A stretch of 63,792 bases of DNA, counting the filler, from Chiloscyllium plagiosum (Eukaryota), in NCBI RefSeq assembly GCF_004010195.1. It is 6 parts of one record of this genome, joined end to end, with 100 filler letters (N's around TTAATTAATTAA, not from the genome) between each part and the next. Parts side by side here need not be neighbours in the genome. Positions count along the whole stretch, not along the records: positions 1 to 27,712 come from NC_057711.1; 5 more parts are not named here. One strand, written 5' to 3'. Positions within the stretch are counted from its first letter, which is position 1. Each line of letters starts with the position of its first letter. This document shows positions 13,277 to 26,995 of the stretch, in pieces. The notes beneath the pieces are model-generated. The model had not been told where the DNA came from and did no database searches. It saw only the letters and a program-made list of their open reading frames with translations. The position numbers and the translations under genes are program-made.

Positions 13277-13879
13277 GTAAGTGTGATACACATATGTGGA
13301 TTTTATCTGTTATGAAAGTGTTTAATGATTAACTAGTCAGTTTTTCTGTAGCCAAAGTGTTTCTTCTAAGGAGATAGCTGTTCCAGAGTAATGGGGTTTT
13401 GTTTTCATTGGGAAAGTTTACAAGCAAATGCAGTAAACTGTTACACATTAGGCTTTTTGTGTGCAGGATTCAAAAATACCTGACAAAAGTATAATCCCAT
13501 TACAGTACTGAACACCAGAGAGGATTCCCTTCTGTTTCACACCTACAGGACTTAATTTAACTCATTTGAAAACCTGATAGCCTCTTCCCCGAGGTTGTTT
13601 CTTTCCTCTTTAGATTAGGGGAAACACCCTTGGCGTGAGGAAAATGTTTGAGTTTTGGTTTGGCAGTTTTGAAGAAGTCCTGGTTGAAGTTGGATGTGTA
13701 AACAGTTGTCTCTAAAGAAAGGCAACTGTTAATAATCTGTTTACATACTGATAAAAAAATTACTGCAGTATATGTGGTTTAGTTTGGAAGTTACAGACCA
13801 GAAGTATTTGGTTACAAAGCTGGAGGAGTTATTTGAAGTGAGAATGTCTAAATTCAGTTCAATGAAGACTCCAGGGAAA

Positions 13880-16800
13880 GCTCAGCCTTAAGTATACACA
13901 GGTAATCTGCCCACAGTTCTCTGTGCCAAGGAGTTCCAAAGGTCCACAACCCTTTGACAGAGAAAAGTTTTCCTCATCTTAGTCTTAAATTGGTGCCCCT
14001 GAATTCTGAGACCATGCCCTCTGATCCTGGACTCTCACATGAGGGGAAACATCCTCTCAACATTTATCTGTCAAGCTCCTTAAGAATCCTGCCTGTTTCA
14101 ATGGGATCACCTGTCATTTCTTCAAAACTCTAGTGAGTAGAGTCCCAATCTGTTTAGCCTTTGCTCCACGTTGGGGGAACGTCCTAGTGAACCTTTTGCC
14201 ACCGATGAAGTAATATCTTCTCTTAAATAAGGGAACCAAAACTGCTGACAGTACTCTAAATTTGATCTCACTAGCATCTTGTAGCTTTGCATAAGATTGT
14301 TCTTATTCCTATCCTAAATCCCTATTCTTATACTCCAACGTCCTTGAAATAAGACCCACCATTCCATTATCCTTCCTGATTACCTGCTGCATCTATGTGC
14401 TAGCTTTCGGTGTTTCATGCACAAGCACTCCCCACCACACCTCACCCTGGTCCCTTTTGTTGCAGCTTTCATTGAAATAATACTGTTCTTCTGTTCTCCA
14501 TTCCAAAATTAACAACGTTTATTTTCCCACATGATATTCCATTTGCTTTTTACCCACTTAGAACATAGAACAGTACAGCACAGAACAGGCCCTTCAGCCC
14601 ACGATGTTGTGCCGACCACTGATCCTCATGTATGCACCCTCAAATTTCTGTGACCATATGCATGTCCAGTAGTCTCTTAAATGTCCCCAATGACCTTGCT
14701 TCCACAACTGCTGCTGGCAATGCATTCCATGCTCTCACAACTCTCTGTGTAAAGAACCCGCCTCTGACATCCCCTCTAAACTTTCCTCCAACCAGCTTAA
14801 AACTATGACCCCTCGTGTTAGTCATTTCTGCCCTGGGAAATAGTCTCTGGCTATCGACTCTATCTATGCCTCTCATTATCTTGTATACCCTCAATTAGGT
14901 CCCCTCTCCTCCTCCTTTTCTCCAATGAAAAAAGTCAACCTCTCTTCATAAGATAAGCCCTCCAGTCCAGGCAGCATCCTGGTAAACCTTCTCTGAACCG
15001 TCTCCAAAGCATCCATATCTTTCCTATAATGGGCGACCAGAACTGGACGCAGTATTCCCAGTGCGGTCTAACCAAAGTTTTATAGAGCTGCAACAATCAG
15101 GTATGGCAAAGTGCTCTCTCCAAGACAACAAGAAATTATAAAGAGTTGTAAATGTAGCCTAGTCCATCACACAAACCTGCCTTCTATCTATTGACTGTCT
15201 ATATTCCCATTGCTTTGGGAAAGAAGGCAACATAATCAAAGCCCCTTGCCAACCTGGGGGTTACACACTTTTTCACCCTCTATCAACGGGCAGAAGATAC
15301 AAAAGTTTGAAAACAAGATTTAAGAACAGCTTCTTCCTTGCTGTTATCAGACTAATGAATGGATTGATTGAGTTTTTTGAAGAAGTAACAAAGATTGATG
15401 AGGGCAGAGCAGTAGATGTGATCTATATGGACTTCAGTAAGGCATTTGACAAGGTTCTCCATGGGAGACTGATTAGCAAGGTTAAGATCTCATGGAATAC
15501 AGGGAGAACTAGCCAGTTGGTACAGAACTGGCTCAAAGGTAGAAGACAGAGGTTGGTGTTGGAGGGTTGTTTTTCAGACTGGAGGCCGGTGACCAGTGGA
15601 GTGCCACAAGGATCGGTGCTGGGCGCTCTACTTTTTGTCATTTACATAAATGATTTGGATGCGAGCATAAGAGGTACAGTTACTAAGTTTGCAGATGACA
15701 CCAAAATTGGAGGTGTAGTGGACAGTGAAGAGGGTTACCTCAGATTACAACAGGATCTGGACCAGATGGGCCAATGGGCTGAGAAGTGGCAGATGGAGTT
15801 TAATTCAGGTAAATGCGAGGTGCTGCATTTTGGGAAAGCAAATCTTAGCNNNNNNNNNNNNNNNNNNNNNNNNNNNNNNNNNNNNNNNNNNNNNNNNNNN
15901 NNNNNNNNNNNNNNNNNGACCATTCTCTTATTCCTCACATAAGTGTAAAATGCCTTTGTGTTCTCCCTAATCCATTCTGCCAAGCCTTTCTCGTGCCCCC
16001 TCCTGGCTCTCCTCAGACCATTTTTGAGCTCCTTCCTCGCCTGCCTGTAATCCTGTAGAGCTGAGCTTGACCCTAGCTACCTCCACCTTATGTAAGCTAC
16101 CTTTTTCCTTTTGACGAGAAGCTCCACTGCTCTTGTCATCCAGGGTTCCTTTATCTTACCACTTCTTGCCTGTCTCAGAGGGACATATTTATTCATTCAC
16201 TTGCAACAACTATTCCTTAAACAGTCTCCACATGTCTATAGTGCCTTTACCATGGAACAATTGCTCCCAATCCATGCTTCCTAATCATGTCTAGTCGCAT
16301 CATAGTTTCCTCTTCCCCAATTAAATATCTTCCCATTTTGCCTAATCCTATCCTTCTCCATAGCTATGTAACTACTTACTGAATCTATCAATATCTCTCT
16401 GTAAATATTTATATCCCTCTCAGGAATTGCCTTTCCACCTATTTTTGTGATGCCTGTAAATTTGGATACAGTATATTCACTTCCTTCCTCCAAGTCATTA
16501 ATATATATTGTACAAAGTCATGGTGCCGGCGCTGATTCCTGTGGAAACTCAATGGTCACAGATCGTCCGCCTGAGAAATAACCTTTGCTGTTATCTCCAC
16601 TTGCTGTTTCCTGCCCAATAACCAATTCTCTATCTATGCCAATATAATACCTCTGACACCATGGATTCTTATTTTATGACTTAACCTTTCGTGATGTACC
16701 TTGTTGAACACCTTCTGGAAATTCAAATATGGAACATCTACTGGTTCGCCTCCATCCATTCTGGTTGAGACTTCTTCAGAGTTAATTTCCCTTTCGTGAA
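13880..16800. mobile_element. Nested LINE cluster: old CR1 (-) 13880-14560 and 16370-16800, younger CR1 3' end (-) 14560-15095, Rex1 piece (+) 15100-15360, CR1 RT (+) 15361-15849, CR1 (-) 15918-16370
   Basis: ORF 14640-14894 (FFTQRVVRAWNALP); ORF 15307-15942 is a chimera of Rex1 (KTRFKNSFF) and CR1 RT (YMDFSKAFDKV, GVPQGS, FADDTK). Confidence 0.8.
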
Positions 16801-19094
16801 GCCAAACAGTAATAAAACAAATGGTGGTGATAAGGATTGAAGGAGTGTTAATTATTTGAGAATGAGAGGGATTGCTTATGTGAATGAATTATACTAAGTT
16901 GCTCCTGTTCTTTCTTATTTTTGCTGCTCTTCCTCCATCATCTGTTAAATATTTGCTGCCTTAGCTAGTAATGAGTTCTCTCATTATTGTAAATATGTGC
17001 AACATATAGTACAACCACAAGTCTGGATATATATTCCGCACTTTTAAATGGTCCATAACATCAAACAGGGAGATGGTTCTGGTCACTTGCTTCATCCTGG
17101 AAGAAACCTATTGCATTAGCTTTAAAGACCATGGTGACTCAAGTCTTAAACACTGATTTGAGGACTTCTGTTGTAACTGTAATAGCTGATGTTGCTTGAT
17201 GATAGTCTTCTTGGTGAAGTGAAGGTGACTGACATATTACCTCCTAGTGAAGTTCAATTAGTAGTGTGTTCACTGAGGATTCTTCGAGAAGGATCCTATT
17301 CAGTGTTGACCTCTTCTTTCCTCTTTTGCACGAGCTCTATCCAATCTCCTTTGCTGGCTCCATCGTCCTCTAGCACTACACAATTATTACACGCATACAT
17401 CTACTTGAAGATAAACAAAATAGTTCAGTTCCAGACCAAACCTAAGAGAAGTCAAAATTAAGTTACAGACGGGAGGTCACAAGCCAGATAATACGTAGCT
17501 AGTAACCATCAGTCAAAAAGAACAAATCAGAAACTGTAAAGAAAATTACTGCAGATGCTAGAAATCAGAAATCGAAACAGAAAATGCTGGAAATACTCAG
17601 CTGATCTGGAAGATCAAGTTGGAGAGATCAATAGAGTTAACATTTTGGTTGTGACTTCTCATCAAACTAATAACTAAGTTAGAAGTATAAATTATAAAAT
17701 AGGGGGAGGTGCTCATACCCGAGTACTAACATCCCTGGACTAGTAGCCTTGAACCCGAGTCCAACATTCTATGGAATGACATGTAGGGAAATTTGGATTT
17801 AATGTAAATTTGCAATTTAAACGTAATCTAATGATTATCATGTAACCACTGTTGATTGTTGTGAAAATCCATCTAGTACACTAATGTCCTGTTAGGGAAG
17901 GAAATCTTCTGGTGTTCATGTGCCAACAGACCCATGGTGTTTAATTCTTAGCTGCCCTCTGGCTGTAACATGACTTTTTTTTTAAAAAAAACACCTTTGC
18001 TAGTGCCATGAGTTGCTAAATGAGATGAAAGTGTGAAGATTCAGACACTGGTGCAAATCAATTTCCTAAAGTAGCTTACGTGCCTTATTCAAACATATTA
18101 TGTCTTTTACATGATCCTTGGTTGTACTTTTAGAGAAGACCGATCCAACATGATGGGCAAAACACTTTCATTGTGGAATGGTGGAGTGTGCCCATGTTGC
18201 TCACCGCACTTAATAATGATCTGTTATATTTTGACAAGAAATATGATAGACCATTATTAAGTGCTCATTATGTGCTGGTAAAAGGGAGATTGCATAAATG
18301 TTGAAACAAAAACATTTCAACTGTCCCAGTAGAATACGTTTCAATATTTTATTGGTAATAGTTTAAGTGACAGTAGGAATAATAGAATGAAATTACTAGT
18401 TTTATATTCATTATGTGAGTTTGCATTTTCCTGATCATTGGCTGGAATTGACAGTACTCGGTTGTAATGGAAAGGTAAAAGGAGGCAACTCACAATCTGG
18501 TATATAGCTCCATTGCATTACACCAGCATCCCCTGTGGCTCCTCTAAGTACTCCACTGGGACTGAGCATTCCAATGCTATAGCAACCGAAGCATTTCTAA
18601 CTTTTGCCTCACTTTGCTCTTCCAATGTACTTTGTGTGTCCCAGCAGGGGCACTCTTGAAGAAACCTCGCGTAAGAACCAGTACCAGGAGTGCAGAGGGC
18701 ATATAGAGATCAAAGTGTGTACTGTAGCACTAATGTTTTCCAAGATTTGAAGCCTGTAGGTGATTCTCTGGCTTTGGGGTCTTGGTCAGAGCAAAAAATG
18801 CACATGGGCAAACTTGCCAGTGATGCTCACAACCCATGAAAAGATTAAATAAACACTTTTCATGTTGCAGCTGCACTGTTGCTTCCTGCTCTATTTTTAA
18901 AAGTAGCTATGACACAGGTCTTGTTTAGGGCAAAAAAAAATGCCTTATCCCCTCCACTGACAGGTGCAAATAAATTTTTTAAGGCAACCAACTTACAGAA
19001 GAAAGATAATTTGGAACTGTAATATCTTCAAATATTAAAATCACATGTATAAGCATAGCAGTATTTATTGTAATAAGTTGCTCTTTTCATTCAG

Positions 19095-19300
19095 AGAGAC
19101 AGTTTTGCTAAGAAATGCCAAAATCAAGAAAGAAAGGGAAAACATAGCTAATGTAGAATATGAAAATCCACGAAGAGCCTTAAAACATGGAATGATGTCT
19201 GTAATGAATGCATGTCAGAGTTCAAGAGCTCAAAAAGAAAATGGTGAGCATCATCATGTCCAGTACCAGGACAGAAATCTTAGGAATGAAGCAGAACCTG
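19095..19300 (+). CDS. ANKRD31: Internal coding exon C of the ANKRD31-like gene
   Basis: Acceptor ctcttttcattcAG (19093-19094), frame (R)ETVLLRNAKIKK...NEAEP, donor CTG|GTGAGC; phase 2-1 matches both neighbours. Confidence 0.7.
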
Positions 19301-19879
19301 GTGAGCATAATTTTACCTGAATGTCACTAATAGATTATCTCTTTGACCATTTATTTCTGCACCCATAAAATTGTCTGACTCTGTTCTTGTCTCAGGTAAT
19401 CTGCTGCTAAAACAACCAGGATCCCTTCTTTTGTTACTCCTAGACAAGACTATCCAAAAGCACTTCTTGCTGACCAACATTTTCTTTGTTAATCTCAGGA
19501 CACCCAAAACATCCCAACTTGCCCCAAGTATCACAGACTCATCAATTCTGTGCTTATGGGCTATATTTGCTCCCTGTTAAGCAACATTTCCATTTTCAAA
19601 TTCTCAGCCTTGTTTTCAAATTTCTCATGGTCTTGGCCCTCCCTTTCTCTGTAACCTCTGACAGCTTGATGGCCTTTTGAGGTATCTGCACTTCTCCAGT
19701 CGTTTTGCACAATCCCAATTTCATTGGCTGCACCATTGGCAACTCTGCCTTTCACTGCTAAGGAATTCCCTCATTAATCCTTTATTTCCATCTCTTCTTT
19801 CGCTTTAAAGATGTTTATTAAAAACTATCTGATCTTTCCTAACATTGGATTTGTGTAGAAAAGAAATTTTTAAAAACCC

Positions 19880-20540
19880 AATAAAGCAAATAACTGCAGA
19901 TGCTGGAAATCTGAAACAAAAACAAAAATTGCTGGAGAAACTCAGGAGGTCTGACAGCATATGTGGAGAGAAAGCAGAGTAAACATTTTGGGTCCAGTGA
20001 CCATTCTGCAGAACAGATTGTAGCTAGGAAAAGGTTGGTATATATGTTAAAGATGGGGTGGAGGAAGGGAGAAGAGTAAACAACAGGTAGAGATAGAGCC
20101 CTGAGAGACACAACCGCAGTTGGATAGACAAAGGATTGTGTAATGGCCAGCCTGGGAGAATCAGTAGCTGCTATTGAAGGACCCAATATTGATTTACTAA
20201 TTTTAGAGCCTGAGCACCTTATCCCATGCCCTTCTCCCAACCGTCACACACCTGGCCTTGTTATCACATTGGCTACTACCATAAACAATCTATTGTCAGC
20301 TACTAATGGTCCCCATTAGCAGTCATGGATTCTCCCAGGCTGACCATTGCTGTTCTCTCTTTCTGTTTCTCCATTTACTGTTTACTCCTCCCCCATTGCT
20401 CTACCCCACCTTTAACATATATACTGATCTTTTCCTACCTGGAATCAAGAAGGGTCACTGGACTGAAACATAAACTCTGCTTTCTCTCCAATAATGCTGC
20501 TAGACCTGCTGAGTTTCTCTTGCTGTTTTTGCATCCATTT
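19880..20540. mobile_element. Inverted pair of Penelope-LTR-like repeats
   Basis: 19890-20180 (-) and 20300-20530 (+) are reverse-complement related; decayed core aaga-agggtcactggact-gaaacat at ~20447-20471. Confidence 0.6.
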
Positions 20541-21109
20541 CTGTAGCTCAATTTCAATTTTTACTTAACTTTTTTTATTCTACTTATTTTACTAATCAAG
20601 CTATTCAGAGTTGTTAGTACATTCCTCTGGAGCAGGTGGGACTTGAGGAGTAGGGACACTACAACTACACCACAATAGGGCCCTTGATAATATATCTGTG
20701 AAGCGCCTTGTACCATTGAATTATGCTAAAGGTACAAATAGTTATTACAGCATCTAAAAATCCCCACCCTCTCAGAATTTGATTGCATCCATTCCTTTGA
20801 AAACAAGTAGATTATTGTACAATAACCATTGAACTGTTCATGTATGATTTTCTATTACACTGATTGTAAGCTCACTGCTGGTGCTAAATTATGTAATGCA
20901 ATATCATTTAGTCCAGATTGATGAAAAAATAATATTGTAATTATTTGAAGGGAGACTTAGATTTAACTAACATATATTAAATTTGTAGAGAGAAAGAACA
21001 TGTAGATTGCACCTGTTTGAACTTAAAAAAATAAATAGCAGACATTCTCTTGTTTGTTTCTCAGGGTAAAGCATTGACTATTCACTGTCAATTTGCCTGA
21101 ATAAAATTT

Positions 21110-21380
21110 CATAGACTCCCTATAGTGTGGAAGCAGGCCATTCAACCCATCAAGTCCACACTATCCCTTTGAAGAGCAGCCCACACAGATCCACCCCCCG
21201 TACCTTATCAATGCATTTCCCATGGCTAATCCACCGAGCGTGTACATTTTTGGATTGTGGGAGGAAATCTACACAGACACAGGGAGAACATGCAAACTCC
21301 ACACAGAGAGTCGCCTGAGGGTGGAATTGAACCTGGGTCCCTGACTCTGTGAGGCTATAGTGCTAGCCACTGTGCCACCC
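21110..21380 (-). mobile_element. HE1/V-type SINE
   Basis: A/B-box head (ggtggcacagtggctagc...ggttcaattcc on -) and V domain. Confidence 0.75.
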
Positions 21381-22311
21381 TAATTTAAGACTAGGCAGAA
21401 AACTGTGTGGCCCTTGCCTGCCCCAGATCAATACCAGTAAAAACAGCCGTTACAACTTGTACTGTTACTGTAATCTACTTCTTTATTTATCATTCACTAA
21501 GTTTAACACAACAGAATAAATTGCATCAGGTTACAAACAAAGCTGTCTCAGTCTCACTATTGAGGCTGAGGTATTACCCACACTGGTGAGGGATAGCTGG
21601 TCAGGCTTCAGTCACTCAGTTTGATCAGTTATTCTTCTCTGAACTCGCAGCTTGGGATCTTGCTTCTGTGATGGTTGTTCCTAGGTTACATTTGCTGATG
21701 TCTTGAAAACACTTATTTTTATGTGTTTTCTCTTGAAAGTTCCAAAAAGTGTGATTCTTGACTAAGACCCATTAACTCTAAGAACTTCCATCCAACTGTT
21801 GTATAAACAAGATGCATCTGTTTCATTGTCCTCCCTTCTGTCTTTAATTTAGTAGCCTTTGTAACTACAAAGGTTAAGAAGCCTTTTAGCAAACCTTATC
21901 ATCAAATTCCTGCTTAATGAGCAGTATCTTGCACAGCAAGCTTTTGTTCCTGTGAAGTTGTCCACTCCTTTCCGTCGTCCTTGCAGAGAGTTAGCTGTTA
22001 ACCATTCTGGAATTGGAAATAAGATGCAGCCATTTGGCTACAACTGTCCTCATCTAATTAATGCATATCCGTGGCAACACTTCAATGAATCAAAGTTAAT
22101 TTGCCAACCAACCAGCATTCTGTTATTGTACAGTAGTAAATTTTGTTTTCCCTTTACGTTGATGTTTCTTGTGAATTGTTCCAATGACTGTAAGATGAAA
22201 AGCTTTGACAAAATGTGTCTTTTTTCATCAATGTTCAGGTTCTGTCCAAATGATTTAAAGAGATTTAAGATTGTATCTTCGTGGCAGATAAAAACATCTA
22301 CACAACTTAAC

Positions 22312-23385
22312 AAACACCTTCTACCCTGACCTCAAGTTCACCTGGACCATCAGAGAGACCTCCCTCCCCTTCCTAGACCTTTCCGTCTCCATCTCTTGTG
22401 ACTAACTCAACACGACATCTTCTTCAAACCCACCGACTCCCACAGCTATCTGGACTATACCTCCTCCTATCCCCTCCTGTAAAAGCACTATCCCTTACTC
22501 CCAATTCATCCGCTGTAACTGCTCCCAAGAGGAGCATTTTCACCCCAGGACATCCCAGATGGTCTCCTATCTCAAGGACTGTAATTTCCCATCTCACATA
22601 ATCAACAATGACCTCTAGCGCATCTCCTTCACTTCCTACACCTCCGTCTTTGATCCCCAGCTCTCCAACCACAACATGGATAGAACCCCCTGGTCCTCAC
22701 CTTCCACCCCACCAACCACTGGATACAGTGCATCATCCTCTGCCATTTCTGCCACCTACAATCAGACCTCCCCACAAGAAATATATTTCCCTCCCCACCC
22801 CAATTGGCATTCCACAGAGATCATTCCCTCCGAGGGTCCCTCGTTAGGTCCATGCCCACCTCCAACCCACCCTCCACTCCCGGAACCTTCTCTTGGATCC
22901 ACAAAAGGTGCAAAGCCTGTAACCCTCACCTCAATCTGAGCCCCAATGGATCTTTTCACATCTGGCAGAGATTTTTCTGCGCACCCAAATGCCTCTGCTG
23001 TGTCCGTTGCTCTTGATGTTGTCTCCTCTACGTTGAGGAGACAGGATGCCAACTTGTGCAACATTTCAGAGAGCATCTCTGGGACACACGTACCAAACAA
23101 CTCTACCGCCCTGCAGCCAACCACTTTAACTTACCCTCCCACTCCGCCAAGGACAAACAAGTCCTGGGCCTACTCCACTGCCAAAACCAAGCCACCCGAT
23201 GCCTGGCGGAAGCATGCCACATTTTCCACCCTAGGACCCTCCAACCACACAGCATCAACATTGACCTCATCAGTTTCCTCATCTCCCCTCCCACCTCCTC
23301 ATCCCAGATGCAACCCTCCAAGTCAGCACTGCTTTCTTGAACTGTCCTACCTGTCCATCGTCCTTCCCACCTAGCTGCTCCATCC
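22312..23385 (+). mobile_element. Penelope-like element fragment (RT thumb, linker, GIY-YIG endonuclease)
   Basis: Frameshifted motifs LPFLDL, DYTSS, IPYSQF, CVRCS and FREHL...NHFNLPSHS; homologous to 47766-48612. Confidence 0.85.
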
Positions 23386-24134
23386 TCCCCTTCGATAGGT
23401 TGAAAAAAGTGATAGACAGACAGTCACAGTACTTTCAGATACACTTCCCCTCAGTGCTGAGACCCAGCATACAATAGGAGAAGGTGAGGTCTGCAGATGC
23501 TGGAGCATATAATGTTGTATTTGTACAAGGCACTTGTTAGACTGTTGTATACAATTCTGGATTTCATGATATAGGAAGGATGTGAACGCATCATAAAAGA
23601 GTTCAGAAGAGATTTACAAGACAGGTTCCATGGATGAGCAACTTCAATTATTAGGGTAGATTGAAGAGTTTGGGACTGCTCTTCTTGGAAAGAATGCAAC
23701 TAAAATTTTTCAAATCATGATCGGCTGGATGGTATAGATAAGGAGAAAATGATCCCAGCAGGAAAATGGCACTAATTACAAGAATCGATGCAAATATGAT
23801 GGACCAAATGGCTTCCTTCTGCACCATAACACTTCTGTGATATCTGATATCCAGTTTCAATTAGTACATCTTAATATTACCTTATATGAGTTCTCAGCAT
23901 TAAAATCAGTGAAGGTTAATAATGAAATATCTGTATTGGGCATTCATTTCTGGTTTTCAAAATAATGGATAGAGTCAGTACTGAAAACAAAAAGTCTCAG
24001 GATACCCATTTAATATTTGATTTATTCAGTCACTACACTATTACTGTGGTATGTGTAAGTTATGACTCACTGTAAGCAAGAGCATGAAGAATTTGCAATT
24101 ATTCAAAATAAAAAAGCTTCAATCTAATAGAATC

Positions 24135-26733
24135 ATTGAGGAACTCAAGAGGGACTACGCAGGTTGGAGAACCGTGAAGCCTCTCTTTGAGTCCCCAGCG
24201 GACTGGTGGGAAACAGTAAAAGGGAACATCAAGAGGTTCTTCATCCTCAAAGGTGTTCAGGAGGCGAGAGAGAGACGGGGAAAACTGTCCCAGCTNNNNN
24301 NNNNNNNNNNNNNNNNNNNNNNNNNNNNCTCTTTGCCTCGGAGGCCTCCAAGATAATCTTCCGGTCCAGGGTCCGCTCAGTGGAGCAGGACGAGACGGGC
24401 TCACGTTTCTTCTTCCAGAAGGTGCACAAAGAGATCTTCGTGCTCAACAGCCTGAAGGAAGAAGATGGCTCGATAACGTCATCTCAGGCTGGTGTCATGA
24501 GGATCAGCAAATCCTTCTATGCCAGTCTGTATGACGCGAAGCCAACCGACAGCGCGGCCTCCCAGTCATTCCTGTCTTCTATCACGGAGGTCTTAAATGA
24601 CAGAACACGGGAGAGGCTGGACCAGCTGCTATCTCTGGACGAGCTGACCAAGGCCCTCAAGTCTACAAGCGGAAGGGGGAGAGGGAGGAACTCAAAAATT
24701 GGAGACCAACCTCACTGTTGAATGCGGATTACAAAATTCTGTCAAAGGTTATCGTCAACCGGGTCAGGTCTGTTCTGGGGTTGGTGATTCACCCTGACCA
24801 AACCTGTGCTGTACCAGGCAGGAAGATCGCTGAGAGTCTCGCACTCCTCAGGGATATGATCGCCAACGTGCAGGACAGAAGATTGGACACCTGCCTGATC
24901 AGCCTGGACCAGGGGAAAGCCTTTGACAGGAAATCACACACGTATATGAGAGATGTTCTGACCAAAATGGGCTTTGGGGAGGGAATCTGCAATTGGATCA
25001 GACTGCACTACACCAACATTGTCAGTGCAGTCTCAATCAATGGGTGGGAATCAGATAGCTTCCCAGTCAGATCTGGAGTCAGGCAGGGCTGCCCTCTCTC
25101 TCCTGCCTTGTTTGTGTGCAGCATAGAGCCATTTGCCGAGTCCATCAGAAAGGATGCGAGCCTGAGAGGGGTGACTATTCCTGGCAGTGGGGGCCTGCAG
25201 GTTAAGGCCCCCCTGTACATGGATGACGTCGCCATTTTCTGCTTGGATCCGCTGTCCGTGCACAGATTCATGCGCATATGTGACCAGTTCGAACAGGCCT
25301 CGGGCGCCAAGGTAAACCGAGGCAAGAGCGAGGCCATGCTCTTCGGGAACTGGGCCGACCAATCCTCGATCCCCTTCACTGTCAGGACCGACCACCTGCA
25401 GGTGCTGGGTATTTGGTTCGGGGGGGCTGGGGCGTGCGCCAAGTCTTGGGAGGAGCGTATCAGCAAACTGAAGCAAAAACTAGGCAGATGGAAGCTACAG
25501 TCGCTCTCCATCGCGGGACAAAACCTGGTTATCAGGTGTGAGGCACTGTCATTGCTGTTATACATGGCACAGGTCCGGCCTATTCCCAGAACCTGTGCCG
25601 CTGCAGTCACCCGGGCCATCTTCCAATTTATATGGAGGTCAAAGATGGACCGGGTCTGAAGGGAACTCGATGTATAAAGATCTGGGCAACGGGGGGAAAA
25701 ATACACCCAATGCCACCCTCACCCTGATGGCCACCTTTGTGAGTGGCTGCATCAAGCTGTGCGTGGATCCCCAGAACACCAAGTGTCACTACGTACTGAG
25801 GTTCTACTGTCCCTGGTGTTGGGAAGGATGGGCCTGGCCTCGCTGCCGCGGAACGCTCCAAGTAGTTGGACCATTCCGTATCACCTGTCCTACGTGGAGA
25901 GGTTTGTGAAGAAAAACACCTTTGACCACAAATCCATCAGGAAGTGGTCAACACGTAGTGTCCTCGAGACCCTTCGGGAAAAGGAGAGTGCGGATCCTAT
26001 CAAGCGGTTCCCTGAGCAGACTGTCAAAGCCATTTGGCAGAATGCCTCATCGCCAGAACTTTCCAACAAGCACCAAGACATGGCTTGGTTGGTGATGAGA
26101 AGGGCTCTGCCTGTGAGATCCTTTATGCATGCCTGGACTCTCAGCCATACCGCACGCTGCCCTCGAAGCAGCTGCGGGGGGGGAATGAGACTGTCACACA
26201 CCTCCTTCTGGAATGTGCCTATGCAGAAGAAGTCTGGAGAGGAATGCAGTGGTGTTTGTCGAGGTTCGTCCTGAGCAGCGCCTTGACGCGGGACTCCGTG
26301 TTCTACGGTCTGTTCCCCGGGACGCACGCTGAGACAAACATCAACTGTACCTGGAGGATCATCAACTCGGTGAAGGACGCTCTCTGGGCCGTCCGAAACC
26401 TGTTGATCTTCCAACTGAAGTTGACCCTGACTGAGTGTTGCAGACTGACACATTCCAAGGTCCAGGACAACGTGTTGGGGGATGTGCTGAAGCTTGGGGC
26501 AGCTGCTGCCAAGGCGCGGTGGGGAAAGACCACCGTGTAACATCTGCCTGCCTAAGGAGTACAGGGGGCCCACGCCTCAGCTAAATATGTAATCGTACAG
26601 ACCTGTATATATGAATGATTACTCAGTCTCTGTATACCAGTCTCTGTATACCATGTTTACGGATATATGGCATGACCAATTGTACAGACCATCAAAATAT
26701 TTTATGAATAAAGTATATTTTTGAAATAAAAAA
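24135..26733 (+). mobile_element. Tx1-clade LINE, 5'-truncated, with poly(A) tail and 9-bp TSD
   Basis: RT ORF 24718-25659 (NADYKILSK, DQGKAFDR, GVRQGCPLSP, YMDD), C-terminal CP..C..ETVTHLLLEC knuckle, AATAAA and A-tail; TSD AATAGAATC at 24126-24134 and 26734-26742. Confidence 0.92.
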
Positions 26734-26809
26734 AATAGAATCCGTATATTTGGTTTTCACTGGTATAAGATGTTGTTATTGCCAATTTTTCTTAATTTGT
26801 TTTCATCAG

Positions 26810-26995
26810 ATGGTGAACACATGCAGACTCGATCTGCCTCCAGCCATTCTATCATCATAAATTGTCGCAAGATTATGAATAAAAGGAACGTATATGGAGA
26901 GACAAAGTTGCATGAAGCTGCTCTAAAAGGGGATGTAGATCTGCTTCGAGCCCTCATACAAGCAGGTGCCAATGTAAATCTGGTAGATTATGCAG
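26810..26995 (+). CDS. ANKRD31: Coding exon D with the first ankyrin repeat (MNKRNVYGETKLHEAALKGDVDLLRALIQAGANVNLVDYAG)
   Basis: Acceptor ttttcatcAG (26808-26809), donor CAG|GTAGGG after DYA-G; phase 1-1. Clear ankyrin consensus (GETxLHxAA..G...L...GANVN..DxxG). The NKRN.(F/Y)GE...YAG pattern after a long disordered N-terminus resembles the first ankyrin cluster of ANKRD31 as I recall it; ANKRD11/12 or BARD1-type genes are not fully excluded. Confidence 0.75.

Noticed and set aside
15307..15942. 211-aa ORF appearing to fuse Rex1 and CR1 sequence
   Set aside because: Chance in-frame junction of two truncated LINE fragments.
25008..26573. Long antisense ORFs over the Tx1 element
   Set aside because: Shadow ORFs of a GC-rich RT coding strand.
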